NCBI GenBank assembly: GCA_963666285.1
Contig: OY762711.1
Reading direction: 5' to 3' (one strand)
DNA from: Sedimentisphaerales bacterium
GTDB taxonomy: Bacteria; Planctomycetota; Phycisphaerae; Sedimentisphaerales; SM23-30
DNA length: 64,000 nt
This document shows, piece by piece, positions 1 to 10,719 of this stretch. Position 1 is the stretch's first letter. The number at the start of each line of letters is the position of its first letter. A program made the position numbers and the translations under genes. Below the pieces are notes generated by a model. The model saw nothing but the letters and a program-made list of their open reading frames with translations. It made no database searches and was not told the DNA's origin.

Positions 1-1508
1 GCAGCTTTTAACTGTTGAACAGGATCAAGAAAAGGGTCGGCTTCCTCTACCTGTTCCTGCTCGATTCTCGGATACACAAAATATGCCTGCCGGCCCTGCT
101 GCACCAGCCTGCGTATGCCGCGATAGGCCTCCTGCAGTTTTTCATCCCGCACCCATCTGGTTGTAACCGGTTTTCGTCCGGGTGGCAGTTTATCTATTAC
201 CGAAACATCCAGATCGCCAAAAACTGTCATAGCTAAAGTGCGAGGTATCGGCGTAGCAGTCATAACCAGATAATGAGGGGCTATGCCTTTTGATCGAAAT
301 GTTTCACGCTGCCGAACACCAAATTTATGCTGCTCATCTACCACCACCAAACCCAACTCGTTAAAAGCAACATCTTTCTGGAGCAAAGCCTGGGTACCTA
401 CTACAATGTCTATTTTACCGGAACTGATCTCAGCCAGAAACTCTTTTCTTTCGTTACCTGTTATCCCGCCTTTCAACAATGCTATATTAACCTGACTTTG
501 GCTAAGGTGTTTTATCAGCTCATTATAATGCTGTTCAGCCAGTATTTCAGTCGGCGCCATTATAGCTGCCTGCTTACGATTGGCAATCGTCAACAATGCT
601 GCGTAAAGTGCAACTACCGTTTTACCAGAGCCAACATCTCCCTGGAGCAAACGATTCATCGGTTCACCGCGAGACATATCAGAAACAATATCAGATACAA
701 CCTTATCCTGGGCTTCAGTAAAGTCAAACGGGAAAAGCCTGCGTATCCTTTTATCAATTTCTTCTGTATTCGGCAGCGGCCATGCCGGAAGTGTATGACG
801 ATTTTTCGATTTTCGCAAAGCAACCGCCAGCTGCATCTGCAGCAGCTCATCGTAAGCCAGGGAACGTCTGGCCTGTTTACTGCAATCCTCATCTTCTGGA
901 AAATGTATCCATTGGTAAGCTTCTTTACGAGACGGCAATTTTCGCTGAGCCAGGTATTCCTCAGGATAATATTCTTCGACCAGTTCAATAAGATCATCAA
1001 ATGAACTGCGAATAATTCGCAGTATATCAGCACTGCTCAACTCCGCGGTTGCCGGATATCTGCTGCGAACAATGCCATCAGCGGCAAGATACTCATCAAC
1101 ATCATCAACTTTTTGCCACAATGGATTAACCAGCTGAAGTTTTTTCTTATATTCCGCTATTTTTCCCCATGCTGCGATTATATCACCTGGAAAAATCTTT
1201 TCTCGAATATACCCGGCATTAAACCAGGTAAGTTTAAAGTGACCATCAGCATCTTCTATCTCCATGTCCAACCTGGGAGGACGGCTTCTCCGATTAAATT
1301 GCAGATTCAGTACCTCACCAACAACTGTAACACTGGCATCTTTATATAACTCGCCCGTTCGCATAATCGGCGGCTGAAAATCATAACCTCTGGGGAAATG
1401 ATCCAGTAAATCAGCAACTGTACTTATACCGAGCTTCATAAAATATTCCGCCCGGTGAGGACCTACCCCCTTGAGATATTGTATAGCTGTATCTTTCGTT
1501 AATGACAT
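1..1508 (-). CDS. recG: ATP-dependent DNA helicase RecG (5' part; runs off the window start)
   Basis: Not in the ORF track. Manual minus-strand translation from ATG at 1508 gives MSLTKDTAIQYLKGVGPHRAEYFMKLGISTVADLLDHFPRGY, and later QGDVGSGKT, DEQHKFGV and MTATPIPRTL. Confidence 0.95.
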   Translation of the reverse strand, partial: MSLTKDTAIQYLKGVGPHRAEYFMKLGISTVADLLDHFPRGYDFQPPIMRTGELYKDASVTVVGEVLNLQFNRRSRPPRLDMEIEDADGHFKLTWFNAGYIREKIFPGDIIAAWGKIAEYKKKLQLVNPLWQKVDDVDEYLAADGIVRSRYPATAELSSADILRIIRSSFDDLIELVEEYYPEEYLAQRKLPSRKEAYQWIHFPEDEDCSKQARRSLAYDELLQMQLAVALRKSKNRHTLPAWPLPNTEEIDKRIRRLFPFDFTEAQDKVVSDIVSDMSRGEPMNRLLQGDVGSGKTVVALYAALLTIANRKQAAIMAPTEILAEQHYNELIKHLSQSQVNIALLKGGITGNERKEFLAEISSGKIDIVVGTQALLQKDVAFNELGLVVVDEQHKFGVRQRETFRSKGIAPHYLVMTATPIPRTLAMTVFGDLDVSVIDKLPPGRKPVTTRWVRDEKLQEAYRGIRRLVQQGRQAYFVYPRIEQEQVEEADPFLDPVQQLKA

Positions 1509-1579
1509 ATGATTCTATAATGAAAAAAGCCTGCAAAAAATACAGGCTATTCTAAACTAGTTCTATCTAATCCATACTG

Positions 1580-2116
1580 CTATTGACCATTCTGAATATC
1601 ATCTTCTGTATTTTCTGAAGAAGCGGCATTTTCAGACAGGTCTTTTTTTTCATTTTTGCCTGTAAGATTTAGAATCTCATCTAAAACTCCATCGACATCA
1701 TCGTAAACAGAATCTTTGAGCTTAAGAGTTTTGGTTTCTCCATTTGCCTCAAAATCAATAAGTAGCTTACCGCTGGATTTCAATTTACTTTTATCAATTT
1801 TAGTCAGACTGTCAAGCGGTATTACAGTTCCATCTTCAAAAGAAAGACCATTTTCGTCAACAGTCAGCTTCCTGCGTGATAAAGCAAACGCTGCATACCC
1901 AAACCATATCGCACCAGCAACACAGCTAATTGGCCCCCATGTCTTATTAATCTGTAAGGTGATATTTGGTGTACCGTCCTCTCGAGTATTCTCTTTGATA
2001 AATTCTTCTTTATAGTAGCCGTCATATAACAGCCATAAGGTACACGCCAGGCATACTACTATATAAATATAATTCATTTTCATTGCATACCCGCTTGGTC
2101 CGGTTGTCAAAGCCAT
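1580..2116 (-). CDS. hypothetical membrane protein (2 TM segments, soluble C-terminus)
   Basis: 178-aa ORF with two hydrophobic segments; GGAG RBS upstream; co-oriented with neighbours. Confidence 0.7.
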   Translation of the reverse strand: MALTTGPSGYAMKMNYIYIVVCLACTLWLLYDGYYKEEFIKENTREDGTPNITLQINKTWGPISCVAGAIWFGYAAFALSRRKLTVDENGLSFEDGTVIPLDSLTKIDKSKLKSSGKLLIDFEANGETKTLKLKDSVYDDVDGVLDEILNLTGKNEKKDLSENAASSENTEDDIQNGQ

Positions 2117-2167
2117 AATAATTTCTCCTAAACTGAATCTTAAAATATCCCAGAAATAATATCCTGT

Positions 2168-2710
2168 TTACGGTTGAGGTTGTTCGGTCGACCCAGGTTC
2201 TTGTTTCTTTTCCTGTTCCATAGCCTTTAACGCTTCTGTCAGCGTTGCAAGTTTATCGTTTGCTTCTTTAAGAAGTTTTTCTTTACTTTCAATTGTGTTC
2301 TTAAGTTCTTCAACCTGCTTTTCAAGCTGCTTTATCATATTCTTATTTTCAACATTCTTATGCAGTTCCTGCCTTACAGCTTCATTTGCTGTCTCAAGCT
2401 GCTCTTTTATTTTATCGTATGCTTTTTTTAATTCCGGTAACTGCTGGTCAACAATCTTTTGAAGATCGGCCATTGCCGTTTTCTGGCTGGCTAACTGTGT
2501 TTCAGCTTTCTTAATTTTTTGGCTTAATTCAGCTTTTTGCACCGCAGCTTCATTAGCAGTATCAACCACTTTCTGACTCAAAACATCATTTTCTATTCTT
2601 AACTCCTGTCTCTCAACATTACAGTCGATCAACTTCTGATTGGAACAACCGGCTACCAGGATCATACTTAATAATATTATCGCTAACTTTTTCATAAATA
2701 CCTTCTCCAT
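2168..2710 (-). CDS. coiled-coil lipoprotein
   Basis: MKKLAIILLSMILVAGC lipobox (true start probably the second Met) followed by long heptad-rich sequence. Confidence 0.75.
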   Translation of the reverse strand: MEKVFMKKLAIILLSMILVAGCSNQKLIDCNVERQELRIENDVLSQKVVDTANEAAVQKAELSQKIKKAETQLASQKTAMADLQKIVDQQLPELKKAYDKIKEQLETANEAVRQELHKNVENKNMIKQLEKQVEELKNTIESKEKLLKEANDKLATLTEALKAMEQEKKQEPGSTEQPQP

Positions 2711-2739
2711 TCGAAATAATTATCAATGCCCAGTTTTAA

Positions 2740-4377
2740 TTAAGGTTGATAACCCTGGGCTATCGGCATTCTTCTACCGGTACCAAAAGCTCTACTGGTA
2801 ACTTTCAGACCAGGCGCTGCCTGCTTACGCTTATATTCATTTCGGTCAACAAGACTGATAACCTTTTCAACTATTTCTTTATTATAACCATGCTTTACAA
2901 TCTCATTCACCGACAACTCTTTTTCAACATAATGATGAAGTATTGTATCAAGGTCAACATATTCCGGTAAGCTGTCCTGGTCAGTCTGGTCCGGCCTAAG
3001 CTCTGCACTTGGTGGCTTTGTGATTGTTGACTCGGGTATTAATTCTTTTTCACGATTAATATAATTTGCAAGTTCGTAAACCATCATTTTAGGAACATCG
3101 CTTATTACCGCAAGCCCACCGCACATATCTCCATACATTGTACAATATCCAACTGCCAGTTCGCTTTTATTGCCCGTAGTAATTAAAAGATGGCCAAACT
3201 TATTACTTAATGCCATAAGGATATTACCACGAATCCTCGCCTGGATATTTTCCTCAGCTATACCACTTGAGGTGCCGACAAAAGCGACATTCATGGTCTC
3301 TTCCATGGCCTTATGAGCTGGTTCAATGGGAATAACCTGAAAATCAATACCAAGATTTCCTGCCAACTGTTCAGCGTCTTTCAAACTATGGTCACTGGAA
3401 AATCTGCTCGGAAGAGCGACACCAAATACTCTTGATTTACCCAGAGCTTCAACCGCCAAAGCAGCTGTAACGGCAGAATCGATTCCGCCTGATAAACCCA
3501 GCACCACTGACTCAAACCGACATTTATTTACATAGTCTCGCAAGCCTAACACAAGAGCTTCGTGAACTGATTCTATTCCTTCCGGAACTTTTTCAACTCT
3601 CGCATTCAAAGTATTATCTGTATCAATAATAAGTATATCTTCTTCAAAACTGAGGGCCTGGGAAATCAATTGCCCGTTTTTATCAAAAACACAACTCGCC
3701 CCGTCAAAAATCAGCTCATCATTACCGCCAACCTGGTTAACGTAAAACAATGGCAAACCATATTTCTGACATTGACTACCAAACAATTTCCGCCGAAACT
3801 GATGCTTGCCGTTTACATAAGGTGAAGACGACATATTAATTATCATATCTGCGCCGGCTTTGGCCAGATCCGAAAAAGGATCACAATTATATAAATGCTT
3901 ATCACTATACTCAGAAGTGCGCCATATATCTTCACATATTGTCAGGCCAAGCTTTTGGCCGCCAAACTCTAGTATCTGGCATTCCCGTCCGGCATGGAAA
4001 TATCTGGCTTCGTCAAAAACATCATATGTAGGCAATAATCGCTTAAAATAGGTCTGACACAATTTGCCACCCATTAGAAGACCTGCTGAGTTATGAAGCT
4101 CCTTACCTGTTTCGCCGGTATGTATACTGACATAACCGACCAATACAGCAATATCATGACAGTGGGAAGCAATATTTTCTACTGCCGACAAATTATCCTG
4201 AATAAACTTCGGCTTATGAAGAAGATCCCTAGGCGGGTATCCGGTAATTGTGAGCTCGCTGAATATTGCAAGATCAACTCCCAACTGACGAGCCTGGTTT
4301 ATACGGTCTATTATCTTAAGACTGTTTCCCTTGATATCACCTATGATCGGGTTAATTTGTATTAGCGCAACTTTCAT
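2740..4377 (-). CDS. nadE: glutamine-dependent NAD+ synthetase
   Basis: N-terminal nitrilase domain (ELTITGYPP, ICEDIW) plus SGGIDS, NIQARIRG, TGNKSE and PPSAELRPDQ motifs. Confidence 0.97.
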   Translation of the reverse strand: MKVALIQINPIIGDIKGNSLKIIDRINQARQLGVDLAIFSELTITGYPPRDLLHKPKFIQDNLSAVENIASHCHDIAVLVGYVSIHTGETGKELHNSAGLLMGGKLCQTYFKRLLPTYDVFDEARYFHAGRECQILEFGGQKLGLTICEDIWRTSEYSDKHLYNCDPFSDLAKAGADMIINMSSSPYVNGKHQFRRKLFGSQCQKYGLPLFYVNQVGGNDELIFDGASCVFDKNGQLISQALSFEEDILIIDTDNTLNARVEKVPEGIESVHEALVLGLRDYVNKCRFESVVLGLSGGIDSAVTAALAVEALGKSRVFGVALPSRFSSDHSLKDAEQLAGNLGIDFQVIPIEPAHKAMEETMNVAFVGTSSGIAEENIQARIRGNILMALSNKFGHLLITTGNKSELAVGYCTMYGDMCGGLAVISDVPKMMVYELANYINREKELIPESTITKPPSAELRPDQTDQDSLPEYVDLDTILHHYVEKELSVNEIVKHGYNKEIVEKVISLVDRNEYKRKQAAPGLKVTSRAFGTGRRMPIAQGYQP

Positions 4378-4383
4378 TTTTTT

Positions 4384-5325
4384 TTATTCTAGCAGTTCCG
4401 ATTCCACTTTTGCTAAAAGATCTTGAACATGGTCAGCAGATTCACGCAGCAGTGCAAATTCATGATCATCAAGTTGAAGCTCGATAACCTTTTCGACACC
4501 ACCTGCACCAAGTACGGCAGGTAAACCAACAAATAATTCACCAAGATTGTTATACGCCGAACCTGCCCATACACAACAGGGAAGAACACGTTTCTGGTCA
4601 AGAATAATAGCTTCAGCCATTTCAGCAGCAGCAACTCCGGGGGCATAATAAGCTGAACCGGTTTTCAGCAGGTTTACGATTTCTATACCTGCTTTTCGCG
4701 TTCGCTCGACAATGGCTTCTATCCTGCAGCTATCAAGCAACTCTGTTATCGGGATCCCGCCAACTGTAGTATATCTTGGCAATGGTACCATGTCATCTCC
4801 ATGACCACCCAACAACATGGCCTGAATGTCTTTAACTGAAACATTTAACTCTTCAGAAATAAAGCTGCGATAGCGAGCTGTATCTAAAACTCCGGCCATA
4901 CCCATAACTTTATTTGTTGGCAAACCAGAAGCTTTCCAGGCTGCCCAGGTCATCGCATCCAATGGGTTACTTACTACAATAATATAAGCATTGGGACTAT
5001 GTTCAATTGCAGCCTTAGTAACATTATATACAATTTCTGAATTCCTTATCAGGAGGTCATCGCGGCTCATTCCAGGTTTCCGAGCCAGGCCGGATGTAAT
5101 TACTATTACATCACTTCCAGATGTGTCTGAATAGTCATTTGTTCCTTTCAGCGTCAGATCCCGATGAATTACCGGAGTCGCCTCATGCATGTCCAAGGCT
5201 TTTCCTTCTGCCAGGCCATCAACAATATCCAGTAAGATAACATCTGCTATCTCGCGTTCGGCCAGACGCCAGGCACAAGCTGCTCCAACATTCCCGGCAC
5301 CAATTACTGTTATTTTTTTTCTCAT
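4384..5325 (-). CDS. mdh: malate dehydrogenase (LDH-like)
   Basis: GAGNVG, RKPGMSRDDL, GVLDTAR, GGHGD and GSAYYAP motifs. Confidence 0.95.
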   Translation of the reverse strand: MRKKITVIGAGNVGAACAWRLAEREIADVILLDIVDGLAEGKALDMHEATPVIHRDLTLKGTNDYSDTSGSDVIVITSGLARKPGMSRDDLLIRNSEIVYNVTKAAIEHSPNAYIIVVSNPLDAMTWAAWKASGLPTNKVMGMAGVLDTARYRSFISEELNVSVKDIQAMLLGGHGDDMVPLPRYTTVGGIPITELLDSCRIEAIVERTRKAGIEIVNLLKTGSAYYAPGVAAAEMAEAIILDQKRVLPCCVWAGSAYNNLGELFVGLPAVLGAGGVEKVIELQLDDHEFALLRESADHVQDLLAKVESELLE

Positions 5326-5377
5326 ATCAGGCTTTAATTAGTCCAAAATTAGCATTGTCATCAATTGCTCAATCTAT

Positions 5378-6001
5378 TTAAAATGTCCATCCAAGACCTA
5401 TCGAAAATTCTGTTCTTTCCTGGTCATCATAATCACTGTTGCCCAGAAAATGCCAGCGGTAATCAATTCTCAGATCCGGCAGTTCTTCGCCTAAATCAAA
5501 TTTTGCACCTATACCAAGATTATAGCCAAACATGAAGTCATCATCAATAAACTCAGAATCACTCATATAATAAGCAATATCAGGACCGGCACATAGAAAT
5601 GGACGGAATGTTGACCCGGCAAAATCATCTCCGGCAGGATAATACATCAAATCAAAGTCTGCCAGTAATATCGAAGCATCGCCGCTAGAGCTACTATCAA
5701 AAGTTTTTGCTTCCTCATCTGCAAAGACACCTGCTAGCGATACTTCCCAGCCCCAGTTTTCTACTTCTTTTCCTAATCTAACACCCATAATAAGGCTGTC
5801 ATCGTTACTTATTTTTAATTCATCATCGTCTGCATTCGTAGTTTTAGCTACCATGTCGCCGCCAAGTTCACCGGCAAAAACAGTTAACTGCAGGTCATTT
5901 TCCCAAACACTATCCCATCCTGATGGTCGATCAAAACCCTCTGCCAATACAGTTCCTGAAAAATATATTACTACTGCCAAGATCACCATTAATTTTTTCA
6001 T
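5378..6001 (-). CDS. outer-membrane beta-barrel protein
   Basis: Signal peptide, alternating beta strands, C-terminal aromatic motif IGLGWTF. Confidence 0.8.
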   Translation of the reverse strand: MKKLMVILAVVIYFSGTVLAEGFDRPSGWDSVWENDLQLTVFAGELGGDMVAKTTNADDDELKISNDDSLIMGVRLGKEVENWGWEVSLAGVFADEEAKTFDSSSSGDASILLADFDLMYYPAGDDFAGSTFRPFLCAGPDIAYYMSDSEFIDDDFMFGYNLGIGAKFDLGEELPDLRIDYRWHFLGNSDYDDQERTEFSIGLGWTF

Positions 6002-6139
6002 TTAATAATCTCCTTATCATGTATCTGGTCCCTGATGGGATATATTTCAAAATATACTCTTTAAATTAGTTTGAGAAGCAAAACCAATAAACATATTAAT
6101 ACTCGCTAATCAATTTAATTACAACTATTTAATTGATTA

Positions 6140-6991
6140 TCACTGCTTCTTTCTCCTATCCATAAAAAATGTAACTTTTTCATATATCTCTGGAGCAAAT
6201 AACGCTTTGACCCGCTTTTTGGCCTCGCGGATATCTGTCCTACGACTTAGGTGCGTCAAAACAATATGTTCATTGTCATAACTTTTTAACAATTCTGCTA
6301 AATGTTCAACATGGTAATGCCGACCGGCATAAGCCCTGTCAACATGATCCGGATCTATAAATGTGCACTCTACCAGAAGAATTTTACTTTTCTTAACATA
6401 ATCAAGCTCTTCAAAGCTGCCGGCCATGGTATCACCAAGATATGTGACCAATGGTACGTCCAGAATGTAAGTGACTTCTGTTCCTGATTTCCTTAATTTT
6501 GCTATTTCTGGTCCCTCTAAAGACTTATATTCATCTTTTAGCTTATGCCGACGGTCAATTATAGTAAAACCTACAGATTCGCGACAATGATTTGTCTCAA
6601 AAACTTTTGCAATCAACCCTCTCCTAATTTCATATTCATGACCAGACTCTACAACACAAATGTCTGCGGGCGGCTTTTGGCCGTCAATTCTACCCCAGAT
6701 CTCCAGCAATTGTTCAACTTCTGATTCTAATCTTTCTGTGAGATAAATTTTACCCGGTACCATTTCCCGGAAATTCCTTTGCGAAAAATAATAGCTTAAA
6801 CCCGCAGCATGGTCCATATGGCCATGACTCAAAAACAGGTTATCCATAAGCAAAGCATGTTCAGGGCACCTGCCAATATCAAAACACAAATTCATTTCAG
6901 GTATTGATATTACTGTTTCCTCACCTGCTACGCTATAGCCGGTCATATTTATTCCGCTCAATGAAAAGTTCACATGTTTATTTGGAGGCAT
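6140..6991 (-). CDS. MBL-fold metallo-hydrolase, RNase Z-like
   Basis: SHGHMDH motif, GYSVAGEET, LVECTF, LTHLSRR. Confidence 0.8.
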   Translation of the reverse strand: MPPNKHVNFSLSGINMTGYSVAGEETVISIPEMNLCFDIGRCPEHALLMDNLFLSHGHMDHAAGLSYYFSQRNFREMVPGKIYLTERLESEVEQLLEIWGRIDGQKPPADICVVESGHEYEIRRGLIAKVFETNHCRESVGFTIIDRRHKLKDEYKSLEGPEIAKLRKSGTEVTYILDVPLVTYLGDTMAGSFEELDYVKKSKILLVECTFIDPDHVDRAYAGRHYHVEHLAELLKSYDNEHIVLTHLSRRTDIREAKKRVKALFAPEIYEKVTFFMDRRKKQ

Positions 6992-7032
6992 TAATTAAAT
7001 CTCAAATCACCTGGATAATGTCGTTTTTATCA

Positions 7033-7721
7033 CTTTCCACAAAAATATTACTGCCAGGTGAAACAGTGGTTTTGGTGGGCCCAGCATTCCTGTTTGGAAA
7101 TGCCTTTAACTTATCTAAAGCTACTTATTTTAAAAATATATGCCTATCGAGCAAGAAAATAACAATAAAAAGAAATAACCAAAGTTATTAACTGAAAATC
7201 ATGTTGCCTTGGCAAGGTTATAGGACGCTAACGGTGGTTTTTAAGCTTATCTGTTTGGTATTTATACAGGTTTTCCACATCAAATAAGTAAATTACAGTT
7301 GCCCTGTTAATAAAACACGAATTATAAATCAAATTAAAAAATTATAATTTTCATATTCACAAATTTTTGCAAACATTGCATATTTACCATATGTACATAT
7401 TTTACAGACACTTATGAAGAATGACTTTATTTGCCAAAATATGCAAGCCACTTAACCCAAACTTAACAGAATATTACTAACTACTGCGTACCGTAGTTTA
7501 TTAAAAAGTTATCCACAAATAATCCACAAAGGATGTTAGCAAAACACACATTTTCAACAATAAAGAAAAAAATCATAAAATATATCAGTAAATTATAAAA
7601 TACAGAAATTTAAAACTCAGACACTTGCATACCCAAACACCTCAAACAACCCACATTAACACCATATATACAATTATGTCAGCTTATTATACACTTTAAT
7701 AATTCAAATAATTGTGGAAAA
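7033..7721. promoter_or_regulatory. DnaA-box cluster in an 840-bp intergenic region
   Basis: TTATCCACA 7509-7517, TAATCCACA 7520-7528, TTTTCCACA 7271-7279, TGTGGAAAA 7713-7721, CTTTCCACA 7033-7041, TTTTCAACA 7551-7559. Confidence 0.6.
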
Positions 7722-7762
7722 GTAATTCAGTTTTTTTCAAATACGATTAATATTTGTGATAT

Positions 7763-7801
7763 AAAAAAAGCTGCTTTTGAAGTATATCTCAAAAACAGCT
7801 T
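7763..7801 (-). terminator. intrinsic terminator downstream of the TPR lipoprotein gene
   Basis: Imperfect stem AAGCTGCTTTTGA...TCAAAAACAGCTT with an A-run (U-run on the minus strand). Confidence 0.55.
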
Positions 7802-7831
7802 GCTTATTTTTAATTGTAGTATAAATTTTTA

Positions 7832-8572
7832 TTAATTTTCTCTCAAACTTTGTAACTCTTTATCCAAAGGAGAAGTTTGCGGAACTTGCTTTCGCTGGAT
7901 GTTAATTTTAACACCCAACTCTCCAAGCCTCTTAGCAACACCTTCATATGTTTGATCTTCCTGTGCTGCCATCATCAGATATTGACGTTCTTTTTCGAGG
8001 TCACCTTTATCTCTATAATAATCAGCAAGAATCACTAATGGCTCAACATCTTTCTTCAAATAAGTACTTCCCGATCCCGGTCTGCTTTTTTGAAAAGCAT
8101 ACTCCAACGCATATGCTGCAAAAATTTCTTCGCCTTCTGCCAGATAATTTTTGCCTATCCGTATATATTCTCGCACCGGGGCATTAAGCCTTTTGAAATA
8201 ATTTTCTGCAGCAATGATAGCTTCATCCATTTTTCCGGATTTAACCAGTGCATTGATATAACCTTTTTGGGCTAACTCCATATTGGGATCATATTTAACA
8301 GCTAACTCATACTCCCATAAGGCTTTAGACATATTATTCTTTTTCTCATAGCAGACTGCAAGCCAATAATGAGTTGAGGAATGTTCAAAATAAGTATCAA
8401 GGCTTTTCTCTAAAAGTTCGATTGCCTGATCATATTTCGCATATTTAATGTATACTTTTGCTTTCTGGTTGTAATCTGTCGCTTCAGCGGCATTAAACAT
8501 TCCGCAACCGGAAATAAATAAAACTGCTATAAGCAACAATAAAGTACAAACTTTTTTCATAGTTTGCTCCAA
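7832..8572 (-). CDS. TPR-repeat lipoprotein
   Basis: Lipobox ISGC after MKKVCTLLL (likely start about 8560); TPR-like helices (HYWLAVCYEK, ALWEYELAVKYDP). Confidence 0.8.
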   Translation of the reverse strand: MEQTMKKVCTLLLLIAVLFISGCGMFNAAEATDYNQKAKVYIKYAKYDQAIELLEKSLDTYFEHSSTHYWLAVCYEKKNNMSKALWEYELAVKYDPNMELAQKGYINALVKSGKMDEAIIAAENYFKRLNAPVREYIRIGKNYLAEGEEIFAAYALEYAFQKSRPGSGSTYLKKDVEPLVILADYYRDKGDLEKERQYLMMAAQEDQTYEGVAKRLGELGVKINIQRKQVPQTSPLDKELQSLREN

Positions 8573-8692
8573 CGTAATGGGTTATGTTTCTTCTAAAATT
8601 ATCCTGTTAATTAATAGTAATATCAATACCGGTTATATTCAAGGAAAAAAGCCGGTAGTGATTAGTGCAGCACAACTTATACACTATTGATA

Positions 8693-8932
8693 TCAAGTTG
8701 AAAATGGACATCCGCCACCGGCACATCCGCCTCCTGGGTTCATTCCACAGGAACCATCCGGTAACTGACAATTCGAACCACTGTTGTTACTCTGGGCTGA
8801 AAATGAGCTTACCTGTCGAGCGGCACTACCGCCACACTTTGGACATTTAACTTTTGTCTTACTATTGATACTTAAAGTGAACTCTTCGAACTTATTGCCG
8901 CATTTTTCACAGCTATATTCGTATATTGGCAT
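8693..8932 (-). CDS. FmdB-family zinc-ribbon protein
   Basis: MPIYEYSCEKCG...CPKCGG with a Cys/Gly-rich tail. Confidence 0.9.
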   Translation of the reverse strand: MPIYEYSCEKCGNKFEEFTLSINSKTKVKCPKCGGSAARQVSSFSAQSNNSGSNCQLPDGSCGMNPGGGCAGGGCPFST

Positions 8933-8970
8933 TTTAACTCCACTTATATTTATAAAGATATTGTTTCAAT

Positions 8971-9004
8971 AAAAAAACTCAAACGAGGTGCCCCCGCCCG
9001 AGTT
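8971..9004 (-). terminator. intrinsic terminator after the SSS transporter
   Basis: Minus strand reads AACTCGGGCGGGG-GCA-CCTCGTTTGAGTT followed by a T run. Confidence 0.6.
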
Positions 9005-9115
9005 ATAAATATTATACATTAATTGTAATTAGATTACAAACTGTACAAATTGTATTTAATGTATTTCAATTTAGCTGCCAGGATAATGCTAAATATCGAC
9101 ACCAACAGTTACTAT

Positions 9116-10705
9116 TCAATCCCGAAAGTTTTCTTTCGCGATATAGTTTTGCAGAAGCAAACCAGATATCAAAATCACTAAAGTACCAGCAACTGGAATT
9201 AAAAATGCATGGAAATGACTTTGTAAATAATCCGGTAATTCTTTGATTAATGGAGATATCGTCATCCAGGCTATAGTCAGCAGCCCCAAAATTACAGACG
9301 TAACAGCAACAGGACTATTCACTCTACTAGATATCAGACCAAGCAAAAACAAACCAAGCATACCTCCTCCGAGTATCCCGGACATCACCCACCAGGCATC
9401 CAGTGCACTAGATATATTGATTAATAACAACGCAAGCCCGGTGCCCAAAAATCCCCACAATATAGTTGCTCCATAAAGCACTTTCATAAATTGTCTTTCT
9501 GAGATTTCCGGTCTGAAATATCTTTGATACCAATCAGTCGCCAACAATGTAGCAGATGAATTAAGACTGGTAGATATTGTACTCATTGCCGCTGCGAAAA
9601 TTGCTGCTACCAGCAACCCTTTAAGCCCCACAGGCAACATTCCGCCAATGAAATGTGGAAAGATTTTATCACCTATATCCTGCGCGGTCAGTTTAGAAAT
9701 TTTCTCATCCATCTTTAACGCATACTCAGGATCGCTGCAGTTAACACCATCCTGAATTAATTGCTGCTCGGCTACCTGGCAGCGAACATCTTCAAGATAT
9801 TCTGGACTAACCTCATAAAAAGAAAATAATCCGGTTCCTATAAAAAAGAAAATCGCCGAAACCGGAAGATATAACAAACTACCAAGCCAGATACTTTTCT
9901 TTGCCTCAAGGTCACTTTTAGATGCGATATATCTCTGCACATAACTCTGGTCAATTCCAAAATTCTGGAGGTTAATTATAACACCATATAATAATACAAC
10001 CCAAAATGTCGATTCTGTCAAAGATACTGAAAAACTGCCAAGACTAAATTTATTATTGTCAGAAGCAATATCAAAAAGTTGAGTACAACCAGCAGGCATA
10101 TTAAACAAAAGCAAAGCTGCACAAAACAATGCTCCTGCCATCAAAACAACGGCCTGGAAAGCATCTGTCCAAATTACCGCTACTATCCCGCCAATCAACG
10201 AATAAAAAGTAACCGAAACACCTGTAACAAGTAGTATAATTCGGATATCGCAATTCAGCAGCATACTCATTGGTAAAGCCATCAGGTACATAACAACAGC
10301 AATACGAGCCAACTGTGTCAATACATAAAAAATACTGGCATACATCCTGGCCCAGACACCAAATCGTTTTTCCAGATGTGCATACGCAGAAATATCACCT
10401 GTCTTACGATAATAAGGTAAGAAATATCTTACCGCGATAAACGCAGCAACCGGCAGTGACAAACTAAACACAAATGGATTCCAGTTGCCGGCATATGATT
10501 TTCCGGGAAGCCCAAGGAAACTTATACTACTGAGATATGTTGCGAAAATCGACAGCCCACACACCCAACCCGGCAATGAGCGATTAGCTGCAGTAAAGCC
10601 TTCACGCGACCTGCTCTTTCGATAAAAATAAAAGCCGATACTCATTGTACCAGCAAAATATATAACTAATACAATCCAGTCGATTTTTGATAAATGATTA
10701 TGCAT
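9116..10705 (-). CDS. sodium:solute symporter (sugar/sugar-acid)
   Basis: Polytopic membrane protein with SIFATYLSSISFLG, DQSYVQRY and AAAMSTISTSLNS motifs. Confidence 0.92.
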   Translation of the reverse strand: MHNHLSKIDWIVLVIYFAGTMSIGFYFYRKSRSREGFTAANRSLPGWVCGLSIFATYLSSISFLGLPGKSYAGNWNPFVFSLSLPVAAFIAVRYFLPYYRKTGDISAYAHLEKRFGVWARMYASIFYVLTQLARIAVVMYLMALPMSMLLNCDIRIILLVTGVSVTFYSLIGGIVAVIWTDAFQAVVLMAGALFCAALLLFNMPAGCTQLFDIASDNNKFSLGSFSVSLTESTFWVVLLYGVIINLQNFGIDQSYVQRYIASKSDLEAKKSIWLGSLLYLPVSAIFFFIGTGLFSFYEVSPEYLEDVRCQVAEQQLIQDGVNCSDPEYALKMDEKISKLTAQDIGDKIFPHFIGGMLPVGLKGLLVAAIFAAAMSTISTSLNSSATLLATDWYQRYFRPEISERQFMKVLYGATILWGFLGTGLALLLINISSALDAWWVMSGILGGGMLGLFLLGLISSRVNSPVAVTSVILGLLTIAWMTISPLIKELPDYLQSHFHAFLIPVAGTLVILISGLLLQNYIAKENFRD

Positions 10706-10719
10706 AACTTCCCCGAATT

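Noticed and set aside
15..1349. Plus-strand ORFs including the 225-aa ORF 327-1004
   Set aside because: Antisense shadows of recG, which the ORF track missed because it runs off the window.
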